A DNA stretch of 64,000 nucleotides. Source: an uncultured Clostridia bacterium. GTDB lineage: Bacteria > Bacillota > Clostridia > Christensenellales > UBA1242. Shown here piece by piece: positions 12,001-19,478 of this stretch. The notes beneath the pieces were generated by a model. It made no database searches, was not told where the DNA came from, and saw only the letters and a program-made list of their open reading frames with translations. Position numbers and translations under genes: made by a program. Location: NCBI GenBank assembly GCA_944372465.1, contig CALVZG010000034.1:8832-72831 (forward strand), read 5' to 3'. Every line of letters begins with the position of its first letter. Within the stretch, counting starts at the first letter, position 1.

Positions 12001-14498
12001 TTGAAAATGCATTATCATATATAAGTTTTACTACTATTAATAATGGTTCTACTCTTCAAATATTGATTAATTTAGGCGCAAACTCTGCACAAAAAATTAG
12101 ATATGAAATTATTGATAATTTTGGAATTACTACAACTATTATTCAACTTGCTAATGAAGTTTCTTATGATGAAATCAGTGGTGTTTCAAAAATATACGAA
12201 ATTACTGAAAGTAATAGTGATATAACCTATATATCTGACAATACCATTAGATTTTCATACAATGCACTACTTTATTCAATTGATATCTTTGATTACGATA
12301 ACAACAATATTACTTCTAATAATACTGCAATTAGTCTTGGAAACAATATTTATGCTTACGATTTTTCTCCAACTCAAACTAATATTTGGAATGATTATTA
12401 CAAAATTATTGTTACTGACAGTGAAAATGGTGAGGTAATAAAAACTTTACATATAAGAATTTATAATCAATTACCTTATCTTGTTTTCCAAACTAATGCT
12501 GTCAATAGTGGTGGAATTGTATTTATTGACAGATATCTTGAACCTTTGACTCAATTAGACTTTTCTCAAACGGCTAACTACACTATTAATTTTAATGGAA
12601 TAAATTACACTACTACTGCTTATTCTGCTACAACTTATTCTTCTTCTATCACTGTTAGGTTTAGAAATGGTCAAGATTTGAATTATGTTGGCAATTATGC
12701 TTATCAAGATACTTATGGTTATAGCGTTTATCTATCTAGTAATAATGGTTTGACTTGGCAAAATATCAATAGTGTTTCTTCAAATACAAGTGGACATACT
12801 ATATCTGGTGCTGGAGATTATATTATATTTATAAAATATGATTCTGATGAAATCTTAACTAATCAATGTAGAATCTTTAATATTTCTATTCTTGATTCCT
12901 CTACATCTTATTATTATATTACTGTAGATGGAACTCCTGTACAACAAGGCGACATGAAATATACTGACAATTATGGTTATGAATATGATGTAAATTATAT
13001 TGTAAGTGTTGATTATGCTGACAAAAATAATAGGCTTCAAATAGTTGCTAATGAAGAACTTGGAGTTGAAATAGATACTCCTAGAGTAGAAACCACAGGA
13101 ACAAATGTGTATGTTGAAATTTATCATTATGAATGTGCTGAATCAAGAGGTGATTTCACTATCATTTATATCAATCAAACTAACAATATCATAACTCAAT
13201 TTACTTATGAAACCCCTACTGGTTCTACAGAATCTATTAGATCTACATCTTCAGTCGTTATTGTTGCAAATAATGAAACAGAAAGTTCTTTTGATAAACT
13301 TAAATTGAATTTTAACTCTTATTATGGTATAGAACAAAATAAGATTAACATTGAAATTTTAAAATATTTTAATGGCTCTTATGTTGAAATAACTCCTCTA
13401 GTTTATAACTCTGACAATAATATGTCCTATATCTATCTTGAAAAATCAGGTTCATATCGTGTTCAACTTTATGATTCTTGTTCCCCTGCTAATATCCATT
13501 TGTTTGGAACTAGCAATTATATTGATATAGTATTCTTAAATTCTGTTCCTTTTATAGTTTCGTACACTGATACTACAACAGGAGAAACTGTTGTTTCTGA
13601 AAGAGTTGATTCTGCTGTCTATAATGGAGATGTTACACTTTCACTTTATAATCTGTCAAGTTATTATCAAGCATCAGGCTATCCTTCAATTTCTGTTAAA
13701 TTAAATGGTGCTAATTATTCCGGCTTTACTACTAATAATTATTCTTATACATTCAGTAGACCAGGATATTATTCAGTTATATTCACTGCAACTAGCAATA
13801 CAGGAATAACAATTAGACAAGATGAATACAATTTTACAATTATTAATGAAAATGAATCTAGATATGCTTATGAATTTGTACAGTTTAAAAATTACTACAT
13901 TGAAAGCGTTATTAAAGATGGTATTGATATAACACAAGACTTAATTGATATTGGAAATTATGATACAATTAAAATAGATGGCAAAACTTATCTTTCTAGT
14001 CTTATGATTAATTATCTTGATGAAAAAACTGGGGTTGGAAAATATCAAATTACTATCAATACAAATGATAAAACTTATGAAAATACTTCAAGTAGCAAAT
14101 ACACATTTGAATTCTGGCTTAATATGCAAACGCCTCCAATAAACATTTCTCTTAAAGAAGGAGAAAGTACTACAGGCGATATCACTATAAGTTTTAATGT
14201 TCAAAATTTCTATAATGCAATGGGTGATTGCTACCTAAAAATAGGTTCAGAATATCATTACTTCACCGCTGACAGACTTGCTGATTATGGGGAAACTTAT
14301 ACTATTACAATTAATTCTACAGGTACTTATTTTATTCAAGTTTACACTATGAGCAATAATCTATTATATTCCTACAAAGTTATAAGGTCTGAACCACTTA
14401 ACACTTTTGCAATTATCGCCATAATTATTGGTGTAATAGCAGCGGCAGCAATTATTACTATTACTATTTTACTTAGAAGAAGACAAAGAGTTAAATAG
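6057..14498 (+). CDS. giant (2813 aa) N/S/T/Y-rich cell-surface protein with N-terminal signal peptide and C-terminal membrane anchor; no assignable family
   Basis: One uninterrupted ORF with RBS AGAGGTG. N-terminus is MFNVKKLFNSLIISFIVLGFLSIVFFP..SMNAEA. C-terminus is FAIIAIIIGVIAAAAIITITILLRRRQRVK, a TM helix plus positive stop-transfer. Two D-x-AGN..(I/L)D modules (YDQAGNSSFEIYLIDDTSP at aa 864; MDYAGNMTVYVVYLIDSS at aa 1758) are typical of extracellular Ig-like adhesin domains. Confidence 0.8.
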   Translation: MFNVKKLFNSLIISFIVLGFLSIVFFPINRNLSMNAEAEAPTYQEITNSYPNYLNIDKTSPSGYVDDIIFLMQGGSSGSQVNISIASNGKITNTNPTNEEGLAEKNYAYIPSPTNDENNPQEYYYFRFSNSMSLYYNLTNSQIQSGLTGTNLMEGQSITNYVSENNDDGETAFTISGYGVTPQKLEVNFALDNNIENDASFTENNIVLKQEGIYTLVINVNYYYTNNGGITFTPATETIYYTFMVFNSDTYFNSTTGLPNITPSANIQQSSLTSSDTFSRYYFYNYSFAGDSSTPVNALPDFTYNPDLYQITISYTDINQNSYQSSIIYSNNQFSQIDENGNIIDEENYFVYPYMIDGEGKLVFLDIGYYDLSFQYLYKSISNGQEIIYELPLSERLDSSILQNKNQRLFIYGYQAVYSDQSNINTQTNQPETVELKTFNFDNLVYENNADLTSQINNFISNNSASYANLADYVDDENPTSPYAFSSEELKNATLDYLNTSNPNELIQPVSTNQTPIKFLTNSKNILEQSYIYTLSTNSKTEGDGQVTTYYEITSTNNFEGFNQNNPGTYLYIIQYTFDNYLSESGTLQSSYYHYQIFFFEVTNSIPSVTILDSDFNEIYASGFTNQSVYLLNDSQNNVYDAEVTITLSAFNYNTGYYFFENQNITDLESFGIYYKQFEQAGSESENYLKYNENVAGKYGILIENTNIYANAKFTVKITSANSDIPSIRTFTIDTNEISGISARNVSVSTSTTYKLGNNLSSYNTNQPVVFSWNEKASGASTYGFVKYIPIVAINYYSSQTSSATISQLLDYWVQQGVIPVSYKFNISGASSWTEYKNSLAFTSTIDATYVKSSAGFYILEVYDQAGNSSFEIYLIDDTSPLFLLRTSFNDENRQIMSNNQSIAVPESGTRMWIEWADNKAIYLDYDLSNYLNISPYAYTLNYSEANSNLSNILNQFFNINNSDLLRVSNISIPTINSSTDEEQIITGISTYNGNYLVVDIDDVSYIKDTSSNNYSRYQGINNYEIIFIDENDQAIEGTYKILIRDSSNTYSSGNEEYDFLNNPSAHLTFNVTSDDSKLAVYRGNNGEQLAWASYSLSGTLNYYESDGEQIYTHLTSMDGVELIQSDLTYRFAYYTPINADENIYISFIPLANNGSTLQSVRLTYYPYTKTYTVIDGIYYWYYDLDYENKQVIDLYNYNNNVSYDAGEVVTQDILLGSGSTLLAGRYVIERQYLDDNDINRYDYFKRTITFDVDNYELISPLESVNNGVDSSLESIVGGDIILSMYSGEGNSNIQVSFPSYNSSTGLNSNSFYTQESFTNEDTIPTFAVQGNKLPMSLYIPKYKYTINSYYNETSNSYEVNYNNNLSFYGNTYYELGSDNLWHVYSEGIEIVEPFTNEIDAYNYVYSNTSITEYEISVKVQANVTQNGVSVTKYYYSNGSDTDGYLNLYETSSNGVIPDDASPAEPFYLQGSYIVTIYQSSNDPQSSFYSFYKFGFEITSQEPQFSIINADGYELNETSVNTYYSNSDTITIQWEVPTSQYEAKINESFDYITINSSQAVTHSEIFANGNTRYFTIDCSNLITSTNSYLSITMEYEGHNDSYYKRTTKTIYFDRSAPMANLQYLMTNTENATNLFTKNYQEINMRTYQDYNGNEVVISASNYDQINNMSYSFSTSTGYFKYFSYNVNTDFFNNILVNTLQNASNYRYDTQYIYYEEIPSIDSYTQVDKNSFSQSNYYELTTSGADDLKCGYYEIVEMDYAGNMTVYVVYLIDSSFSDDENVSNNALVFTNALHSEPQVVTNDQIIDGFNIYSRSGFELQELNYMSDPWSMVYIQLSGQSSVRYMASPWLEDGYVYKITINSSGIAFEQIALTSIFDNVESSSNKHTIVFTDRINGLSYNTYLSIMDASISTQKVEDPNHTSAILNISVPTLEQYQSTTTSFVFPTKISIYQYNPNSVEGDGYELIMVANQNPYGTWLPDEEFENALSYISFTTINNGSTLQILINLGANSAQKIRYEIIDNFGITTTIIQLANEVSYDEISGVSKIYEITESNSDITYISDNTIRFSYNALLYSIDIFDYDNNNITSNNTAISLGNNIYAYDFSPTQTNIWNDYYKIIVTDSENGEVIKTLHIRIYNQLPYLVFQTNAVNSGGIVFIDRYLEPLTQLDFSQTANYTINFNGINYTTTAYSATTYSSSITVRFRNGQDLNYVGNYAYQDTYGYSVYLSSNNGLTWQNINSVSSNTSGHTISGAGDYIIFIKYDSDEILTNQCRIFNISILDSSTSYYYITVDGTPVQQGDMKYTDNYGYEYDVNYIVSVDYADKNNRLQIVANEELGVEIDTPRVETTGTNVYVEIYHYECAESRGDFTIIYINQTNNIITQFTYETPTGSTESIRSTSSVVIVANNETESSFDKLKLNFNSYYGIEQNKINIEILKYFNGSYVEITPLVYNSDNNMSYIYLEKSGSYRVQLYDSCSPANIHLFGTSNYIDIVFLNSVPFIVSYTDTTTGETVVSERVDSAVYNGDVTLSLYNLSSYYQASGYPSISVKLNGANYSGFTTNNYSYTFSRPGYYSVIFTATSNTGITIRQDEYNFTIINENESRYAYEFVQFKNYYIESVIKDGIDITQDLIDIGNYDTIKIDGKTYLSSLMINYLDEKTGVGKYQITINTNDKTYENTSSSKYTFEFWLNMQTPPINISLKEGESTTGDITISFNVQNFYNAMGDCYLKIGSEYHYFTADRLADYGETYTITINSTGTYFIQVYTMSNNLLYSYKVIRSEPLNTFAIIAIIIGVIAAAAIITITILLRRRQRVK

Positions 14499-14674
14499 GT
14501 TTTTATAAAAATAAAAAACGGGTTAAATTAATGTGAATCTATTAAAGTTTTCTAACTTTAATTTCACTTTAAAATAACTCGTTTTTTATTATAAATATTT
14601 TTAATTAAAATTTAAAACCAAAATTTTATTTATTTCAAAAATTCGTTTTATTAGATTACAGGAAGAACTGGGGT

Positions 14675-15562
14675 TTACGGCCTGTCAGGATCTCCATATG
14701 CAGTCCATTCTATATCAATTGTTGTATCATTTGATAGTTGTACATTACCTGATGTGTCAAAATTTTTTTTAAGATATCCACTTGTATCCCCAATATTGTA
14801 ATTTAAATTAACATAAGTCGAATCTATAAATAATTCTATAGAATATACATTTTTTATAACTATGCTTGTTTGTTCTATCAATTGATTACCTAATTCCTCA
14901 TAGAATGTTGTTTCTACATCATTATTGATTTTATAATAAGTATTAGATAGTAAAAATATTTTATCTTCATCATTACATAATTCAGATGAGCGTAAATATG
15001 TTGCTTGGGAAACATCAATATTGATTGTTACAGTGTATCCTGTAAAAATTTCATCAATTAAAATAGTAATATCATCTAAATTTATACTACAAGGAGTAGT
15101 GTTAGGCGTTATAATTATTACAATTGTACCTGAAAGTGATTGATATGATGCAATATCACCTATAGCCACACCATCACCTGCAATTTCTCCACTTACCGAA
15201 AGCGTTGCATTTGAAAGCAATGAATTAGTACTTGCTGTATAAGATTTTGTAGATGTATTAATAACATCAATATACAATGTAAATTCGCCCGCAACATTTG
15301 TTATTTCACCTAAATCTAAATTAAAATTCCCATTAACAAAACCAGGAATAAAATTCTCAATAGATGTACCCTGCCCCGATAAAGTATTATCATTTTTTAT
15401 ACGAACATCTTTAACATAAAGTGTTTTATCTGCTACTTCAAAATTGATAGTTCCTCTTAAATTAATATTTTGTGAACTTGCAGCATATACTCCAACAATT
15501 AAAAATGATATTATTATGACCAATGCTGAAACTAATGATATAAGTTTTATTTTAATCCTCAT
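14675..15562 (-). CDS. secreted or membrane-anchored hypothetical protein (295 aa)
   Basis: GGAGA RBS upstream. The N-terminal signal/anchor is MRIKIKLISLVSALVIIISFLIVGVYAASS. The rest is N/T/S/I-rich with a beta-type composition and no recognised domain. Confidence 0.6.
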   Translation of the reverse strand: MRIKIKLISLVSALVIIISFLIVGVYAASSQNINLRGTINFEVADKTLYVKDVRIKNDNTLSGQGTSIENFIPGFVNGNFNLDLGEITNVAGEFTLYIDVINTSTKSYTASTNSLLSNATLSVSGEIAGDGVAIGDIASYQSLSGTIVIIITPNTTPCSINLDDITILIDEIFTGYTVTINIDVSQATYLRSSELCNDEDKIFLLSNTYYKINNDVETTFYEELGNQLIEQTSIVIKNVYSIELFIDSTYVNLNYNIGDTSGYLKKNFDTSGNVQLSNDTTIDIEWTAYGDPDRP

Positions 15563-15609
15563 ATTTTTTCTCCTTTCATATCTTACTTTTTTCTTTGCAT
15601 ATTTATATT

Positions 15610-15683
15610 ATACATATTTATACTATGTATTGCAAGCATTTCAATAATTTTATTATGTATATTTTTTTTATACATAGTATAAA
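15610..15683. promoter_or_regulatory. operator-like repeats in the divergent promoter region (four ATACATA/TATGTAT half-sites)
   Basis: ATACATA at 15610-15616 and 15670-15676; TATGTAT at 15624-15630 and 15654-15660. A 14-nt perfect inverted repeat pairs TTTATACTATGTAT (15617-15630) with ATACATAGTATAAA (15670-15683). Confidence 0.5.
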
Positions 15684-15691
15684 CTTGTATT

Positions 15692-16018
15692 ATGGAAAAA
15701 GTAGATAAAAAATTTATTAGCAAAAGAATTGCAACACTTAGAAATGCAAAAGGTATTTCTGCTAGAGCTATGAGTTTAGATTTAGGGCAAAGCAGTGAAT
15801 ATATCAATCAAATAGAGAATGGTAGAAGTATCCCATCAATAGAAGGGTTAATCAATATTTGTGATTATTTTGGTATAACATTATCTGAATTTTTTGATAC
15901 TAATCTTTTATATCCTATTCAATATAAGGAACTTATAAAAGAATTAAACAAATTAGACTCTTTAGAACTTCAAAAAATTATTGATATAATTAAATTGATA
16001 ACACAAAGACATAATTAA
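15692..16018 (+). CDS. XRE-family helix-turn-helix transcriptional regulator
   Basis: The HTH_3 signature IATLRNAKGISARAMSLDLGQSSEYINQIENGRSIPSIEGLINICDYFGITLSEFF. There is no SD; a TATAAA -10-like hexamer ends 8 nt before the ATG, so the transcript may be near-leaderless. Confidence 0.8.
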   Translation: MEKVDKKFISKRIATLRNAKGISARAMSLDLGQSSEYINQIENGRSIPSIEGLINICDYFGITLSEFFDTNLLYPIQYKELIKELNKLDSLELQKIIDIIKLITQRHN

Positions 16019-16130
16019 AAATATAATGTTTTATCTTTTATAAACAAAATATGTAAAAAAAGTTTTATAAAAGCATATAAAAAAACTTTTATAAAACAAA
16101 AGTTACAATCTAAAGTAAAAAATTATATAA

Positions 16131-16168
16131 AAAAATAGATAAGTTAAAATAAAACTTATCTATTTTTT
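16131..16168. terminator. bidirectional rho-independent terminator between the XRE gene and rplA
   Basis: Stem ATAGATAAGTT / AACTTATCTAT, flanked by an A-run upstream and a T-run downstream. Confidence 0.75.
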
Positions 16169-16198
16169 CAAATTGTTTAAATTAAAAAATTATTTTAA

Positions 16199-16879
16199 TT
16201 ACATTGTAACATTGATTTTTATTCCAGGCCCCATTGTTGATGCAATTGTAACATTTCTAAAGTATTGTCCTTTAGCTGCTGCAGGTTTTGCTTTTGTAAG
16301 AGCTTCGATTACTGTATTAAAGTTATCAAGTAATTTTTCTTTTCCAAAACTTACTTTTCCAATAATAACATGAACATTATTTGTTTTATCAAGTCTATAT
16401 TCTACTTTACCTGCTTTAGCATCATTTATTGCTTTAGTTACATCCATTGTAACTGTTCCACTTTTTGGATTTGGCATTAAACCTTTTGGTCCTAAAACTC
16501 TGGCTACACGACCTACTATTCCCATCATATCTGGAGTTGTTATACATACATCAAAATCAAGCCATCCGCCTTGAATTTTGCTTATTATTTCTTCTGCTCC
16601 AACATAATCTGCACCTGCTTTTACAGCATCGTCTGCTTTATCGCCTTTTGCTATTACAAGTACTTTTAATGACTTACCTGTTCCATGAGGTAAAATACAA
16701 ACTCCTCTTACTTGTTGGTCTGCATTTCTTCCATCTACTCCAAGTCGAACATGGAGTTCTACGGTTTCATCAAATTTTGCTTTTGGAAGTGCCAATAATG
16801 TTTCAATTCCATTTTCTATATCATATAATTTTTGTGTAATTGCTTGGGAAGCTTGAGCATATTTCTTACTTACTTTCAT
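16199..16879 (-). CDS. rplA: 50S ribosomal protein L1
   Basis: [41 protein letters not shown].. matches canonical L1. Confidence 0.95.
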   Translation of the reverse strand: MKVSKKYAQASQAITQKLYDIENGIETLLALPKAKFDETVELHVRLGVDGRNADQQVRGVCILPHGTGKSLKVLVIAKGDKADDAVKAGADYVGAEEIISKIQGGWLDFDVCITTPDMMGIVGRVARVLGPKGLMPNPKSGTVTMDVTKAINDAKAGKVEYRLDKTNNVHVIIGKVSFGKEKLLDNFNTVIEALTKAKPAAAKGQYFRNVTIASTMGPGIKINVTM

Positions 16880-16891
16880 TTTTTACCTCCC

Positions 16892-17320
16892 TTACTCAAC
16901 AACTGTTACGCCCATTGAGCGAGCAGCACCTTCAATCATTGACATTGCAGATTCTATTGATGTACAGTTAAGGTCTGGCATCTTTGTTTCAGCAATTTGT
17001 TTAATTTGTGCTTTTGTTATACTTCCGACTTTTGTTTTGTTTGGTACTGCTGACCCTTTTTCAATTCCTATAGCCTTCATAATTAGAATGGCTGCTGGTG
17101 GAGTCTTGAGTACAAATGAGAAACTTCTATCTGCATAGATAGTTACTACTACAGGTATCTTTAATCCTGCTTGAGAAGCTGTCTTCTCGTTAAATTCTTT
17201 TGTAAAGGCACCTAGGTTTATTCCATGAGGTCCAAGAGTTGAACCAACTGGAGGTCCCGGAGTGGCTTTACCTGCGTCAAGTTGTAATTTTACAACTGCA
17301 GCAATTTTCTTTTCTGCCAT
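16892..17320 (-). CDS. rplK: 50S ribosomal protein L11
   Basis: [41 protein letters not shown].. matches canonical L11. Confidence 0.95.
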   Translation of the reverse strand: MAEKKIAAVVKLQLDAGKATPGPPVGSTLGPHGINLGAFTKEFNEKTASQAGLKIPVVVTIYADRSFSFVLKTPPAAILIMKAIGIEKGSAVPNKTKVGSITKAQIKQIAETKMPDLNCTSIESAMSMIEGAARSMGVTVVE

Positions 17321-17509
17321 TTTTTCTCCTCCTTTGTGGTTATTTTGAGCGGTTGCAGTTCCACTCTCCCACTTATTTATTTGCAGTTTATTGTCATGCT
17401 GGACAATATATTTGCTTTTTAGCCTATATATCTTTAAATTTTACTATTTGATTTAATCTATTATTTTTTATAACACCATTGAAGTATAACACCATTGAAG
17501 CATTTGAAT

Positions 17510-18205
17510 TTAAGCATTTATTCTTCTAACTTGAGAAAGTTCAAGTTCAACAGGTGTTTCTCTATTAAACATTTCAACATTTACTGATACATGCCCTGTT
17601 TCTTTGTCAAAGGCTGTTACAACTCCCACTTGACCATTGAGTGCACCATCTATTATTTCAACTTTATCGCCAACATTTAAGTCAATATCTACCTTTATTT
17701 TTTCAAGTTTTAGTCTTCTTATATCTTCATCAGTTAATGCTAAAGGTCTTCCATTTGGACCTACAAATCCAGTTATTCCTCGAGTTCTTGTTATATTGTG
17801 CCATAAATCATCAGCATATTTGATTTTTACTAAAATGTAACAAGGCATTGATTTACGCTCTACAAGTTTTTTCTTCCCATTTTTTTCTTCTACAACCTCT
17901 TCAGTTGGTATCACAATGTCAAAAATTCTATCTTGCAAATTGAATTTTTCAATAACTGTTTCTAAATTTTCTTTTGCTACATTTTCATAGCCTGAAAATG
18001 TATGAAGTGCATACCATTTTGCGGGAAGGCTATCTACAAATTCTTTATATCCCTTTTCGTCATCATATTCATCTTCAACTTTTTTTTCTTCGTTTTCATT
18101 ATTTGGTTGGATATTATTTTGAATATCATCACTATGTTCTACTGAAGATTTTGTTCCTTCCACAACTTGTTCATTTTGATTTAATTGAGTATCTTTTTCT
18201 TCCAT
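17510..18205 (-). CDS. nusG: transcription termination/antitermination factor NusG with a ~62-aa acidic N-terminal extension
   Basis: The NGN domain starts at KWYALHTFSGYENVAKENL. The KOW region is VGDKVEIIDGALNGQVGVV. RBS AAGAGGT lies upstream of the annotated ATG, and there is no in-frame ATG closer to the NGN domain. Confidence 0.9.
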   Translation of the reverse strand: MEEKDTQLNQNEQVVEGTKSSVEHSDDIQNNIQPNNENEEKKVEDEYDDEKGYKEFVDSLPAKWYALHTFSGYENVAKENLETVIEKFNLQDRIFDIVIPTEEVVEEKNGKKKLVERKSMPCYILVKIKYADDLWHNITRTRGITGFVGPNGRPLALTDEDIRRLKLEKIKVDIDLNVGDKVEIIDGALNGQVGVVTAFDKETGHVSVNVEMFNRETPVELELSQVRRINA

Positions 18206-18219
18206 AAATACCTCTTAAT

Positions 18220-18690
18220 CTATCTTAATAATCCCATAAGTAATCCCAAACAATAATCTATGCCAAAGATTACGACTGCAAAAACTAGAACAACAACAAG
18301 AACTACACCTGTTTTTTTACAAACATCTCCGAAAGTTGGCCATGTAACTTTTTTTAATTCGGCAAATGTTTCTTTAGTCTTTCTTCTTATTTTGCCCTTC
18401 TCTTTTTTATCTTTTTTGTTGTTCTTTTTCTTATCATTTTTGATATTTTTGTTTTTATCTTTATTTTTGCTATCTTTATTTTCTTTTTTCTTTGCTTTGT
18501 CGCTTTCTTCTTGCACTGATTTGTCTTCTTGATTAACTATATTTGATTTGTTATTTTGTTCTGCCTCTACAGTTTCTATACCTGTTATTTCATCTGTATT
18601 TTCAGCAGAAAACATTGTAGCATCATTTTGTGCTACAACTTTTTGACTACTTTGATTTTTTTTCTTCTGCGACTTCTTATTTTTAGACAT
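18220..18690 (-). CDS. secE: preprotein translocase subunit SecE with a ~100-aa Lys-rich N-terminal extension
   Basis: The C-terminal 55 aa (ETFAELKKVTWPTFGDVCKKTGVVLVVVLVFAVVIFGIDYCLGLLMGLL) form the canonical single-TM SecE. Its position between rpmG and nusG is the conserved one. Confidence 0.8.
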   Translation of the reverse strand: MSKNKKSQKKKNQSSQKVVAQNDATMFSAENTDEITGIETVEAEQNNKSNIVNQEDKSVQEESDKAKKKENKDSKNKDKNKNIKNDKKKNNKKDKKEKGKIRRKTKETFAELKKVTWPTFGDVCKKTGVVLVVVLVFAVVIFGIDYCLGLLMGLLR

Positions 18691-18711
18691 AAGCCCCCCG
18701 ATTATATGTGG

Positions 18712-18873
18712 TTATTTTGTTTCTTTATGAACGGTTCTCTTTCCACAGCGAGAACAAAACTTCTTTATTTCCACTCTTTCTGGATTTGCAGAAGTGTTTT
18801 TACTTGTTGCATAGTTTCTTTCTTGACATTCTGTACAAGCAAGAATAATATTTTTGCGTTTTGGTGTTGCCAT
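18712..18873 (-). CDS. rpmG: 50S ribosomal protein L33 (Zn-ribbon form)
   Basis: Below the ORF-track size cutoff. The reverse-strand translation is [53 protein letters not shown]. An AGGAGA RBS lies upstream, and a TTGACA-17-TAATAT promoter lies further upstream near 18940-18975. Confidence 0.9.
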   Translation of the reverse strand: MATPKRKNIILACTECQERNYATSKNTSANPERVEIKKFCSRCGKRTVHKETK

Positions 18874-19042
18874 TTTCTTTTTCTCCTAACAAAAAACTAA
18901 CACCCCATCACTGAAGTGCTAGCATTATATTATCACATATTAATTTTATTGTCAAGAATTTATTAGTATTTTTTTATTTTTTTTGCAAATTTTGTCAACA
19001 TCTTTTGCTTTACTTTTATTTTTTATTTTTTTCTTCCTATTC

Positions 19043-19315
19043 TTACTCTTTTTTTGATGTAGTTGCATCTATTAATAGCACTATATCGTCATTTTTTACA
19101 GATTTTCTTATAACCTCGAAATCTGTTGGCATATTAAAATCTAAATCATACTTTTCTACATACTTAAAATATGATTTCAAAAACTCTCTTGCATACAAAT
19201 ATGCTTCCTCAACCATTGCACCTTCTGTTGTTATTTCTAAATCTGGGAAAAAGACATGATAAATATTTTCGTCTTCATCTTTCACAAATACTGCTGGATA
19301 AATGTAATTTCTCAT
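19043..19315 (-). CDS. HicB-like (UPF0150) antitoxin-fold protein with no adjacent HicA
   Basis: The N-terminus YIYPAVFVKDEDENIYHVFFPDLEITTEGAMVEEAYLYAREFL follows the HicB N-terminal pattern (Y.YPa.F..d..g.y.v.FPDl....T.G....EA...A.E.L). Confidence 0.65.
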   Translation of the reverse strand: MRNYIYPAVFVKDEDENIYHVFFPDLEITTEGAMVEEAYLYAREFLKSYFKYVEKYDLDFNMPTDFEVIRKSVKNDDIVLLIDATTSKKE

Positions 19316-19478
19316 TAATCTTAAGACTCCTTCAATATAATATTCGCACTTTCAATTTTTAATCCCATTTTATATTGAAATATGAAAATTCCTATAATTA
19401 GAATAGCATAAAAAAAGTGTTTTTCAAAATAAAAAACACTATTTTTACAAATTTATTTCTTTATTAAATTTTTTGCAA

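Noticed and set aside
16465-16839. 124-aa plus-strand ORF antisense to rplA. The same applies to the other track ORFs nested antisense inside secA, gyrA, gyrB, metG, the ABC gene and the giant gene.
   Set aside because: These are antisense shadows of well-supported genes. They have L/F/I/H-rich low-complexity translations and no RBS.
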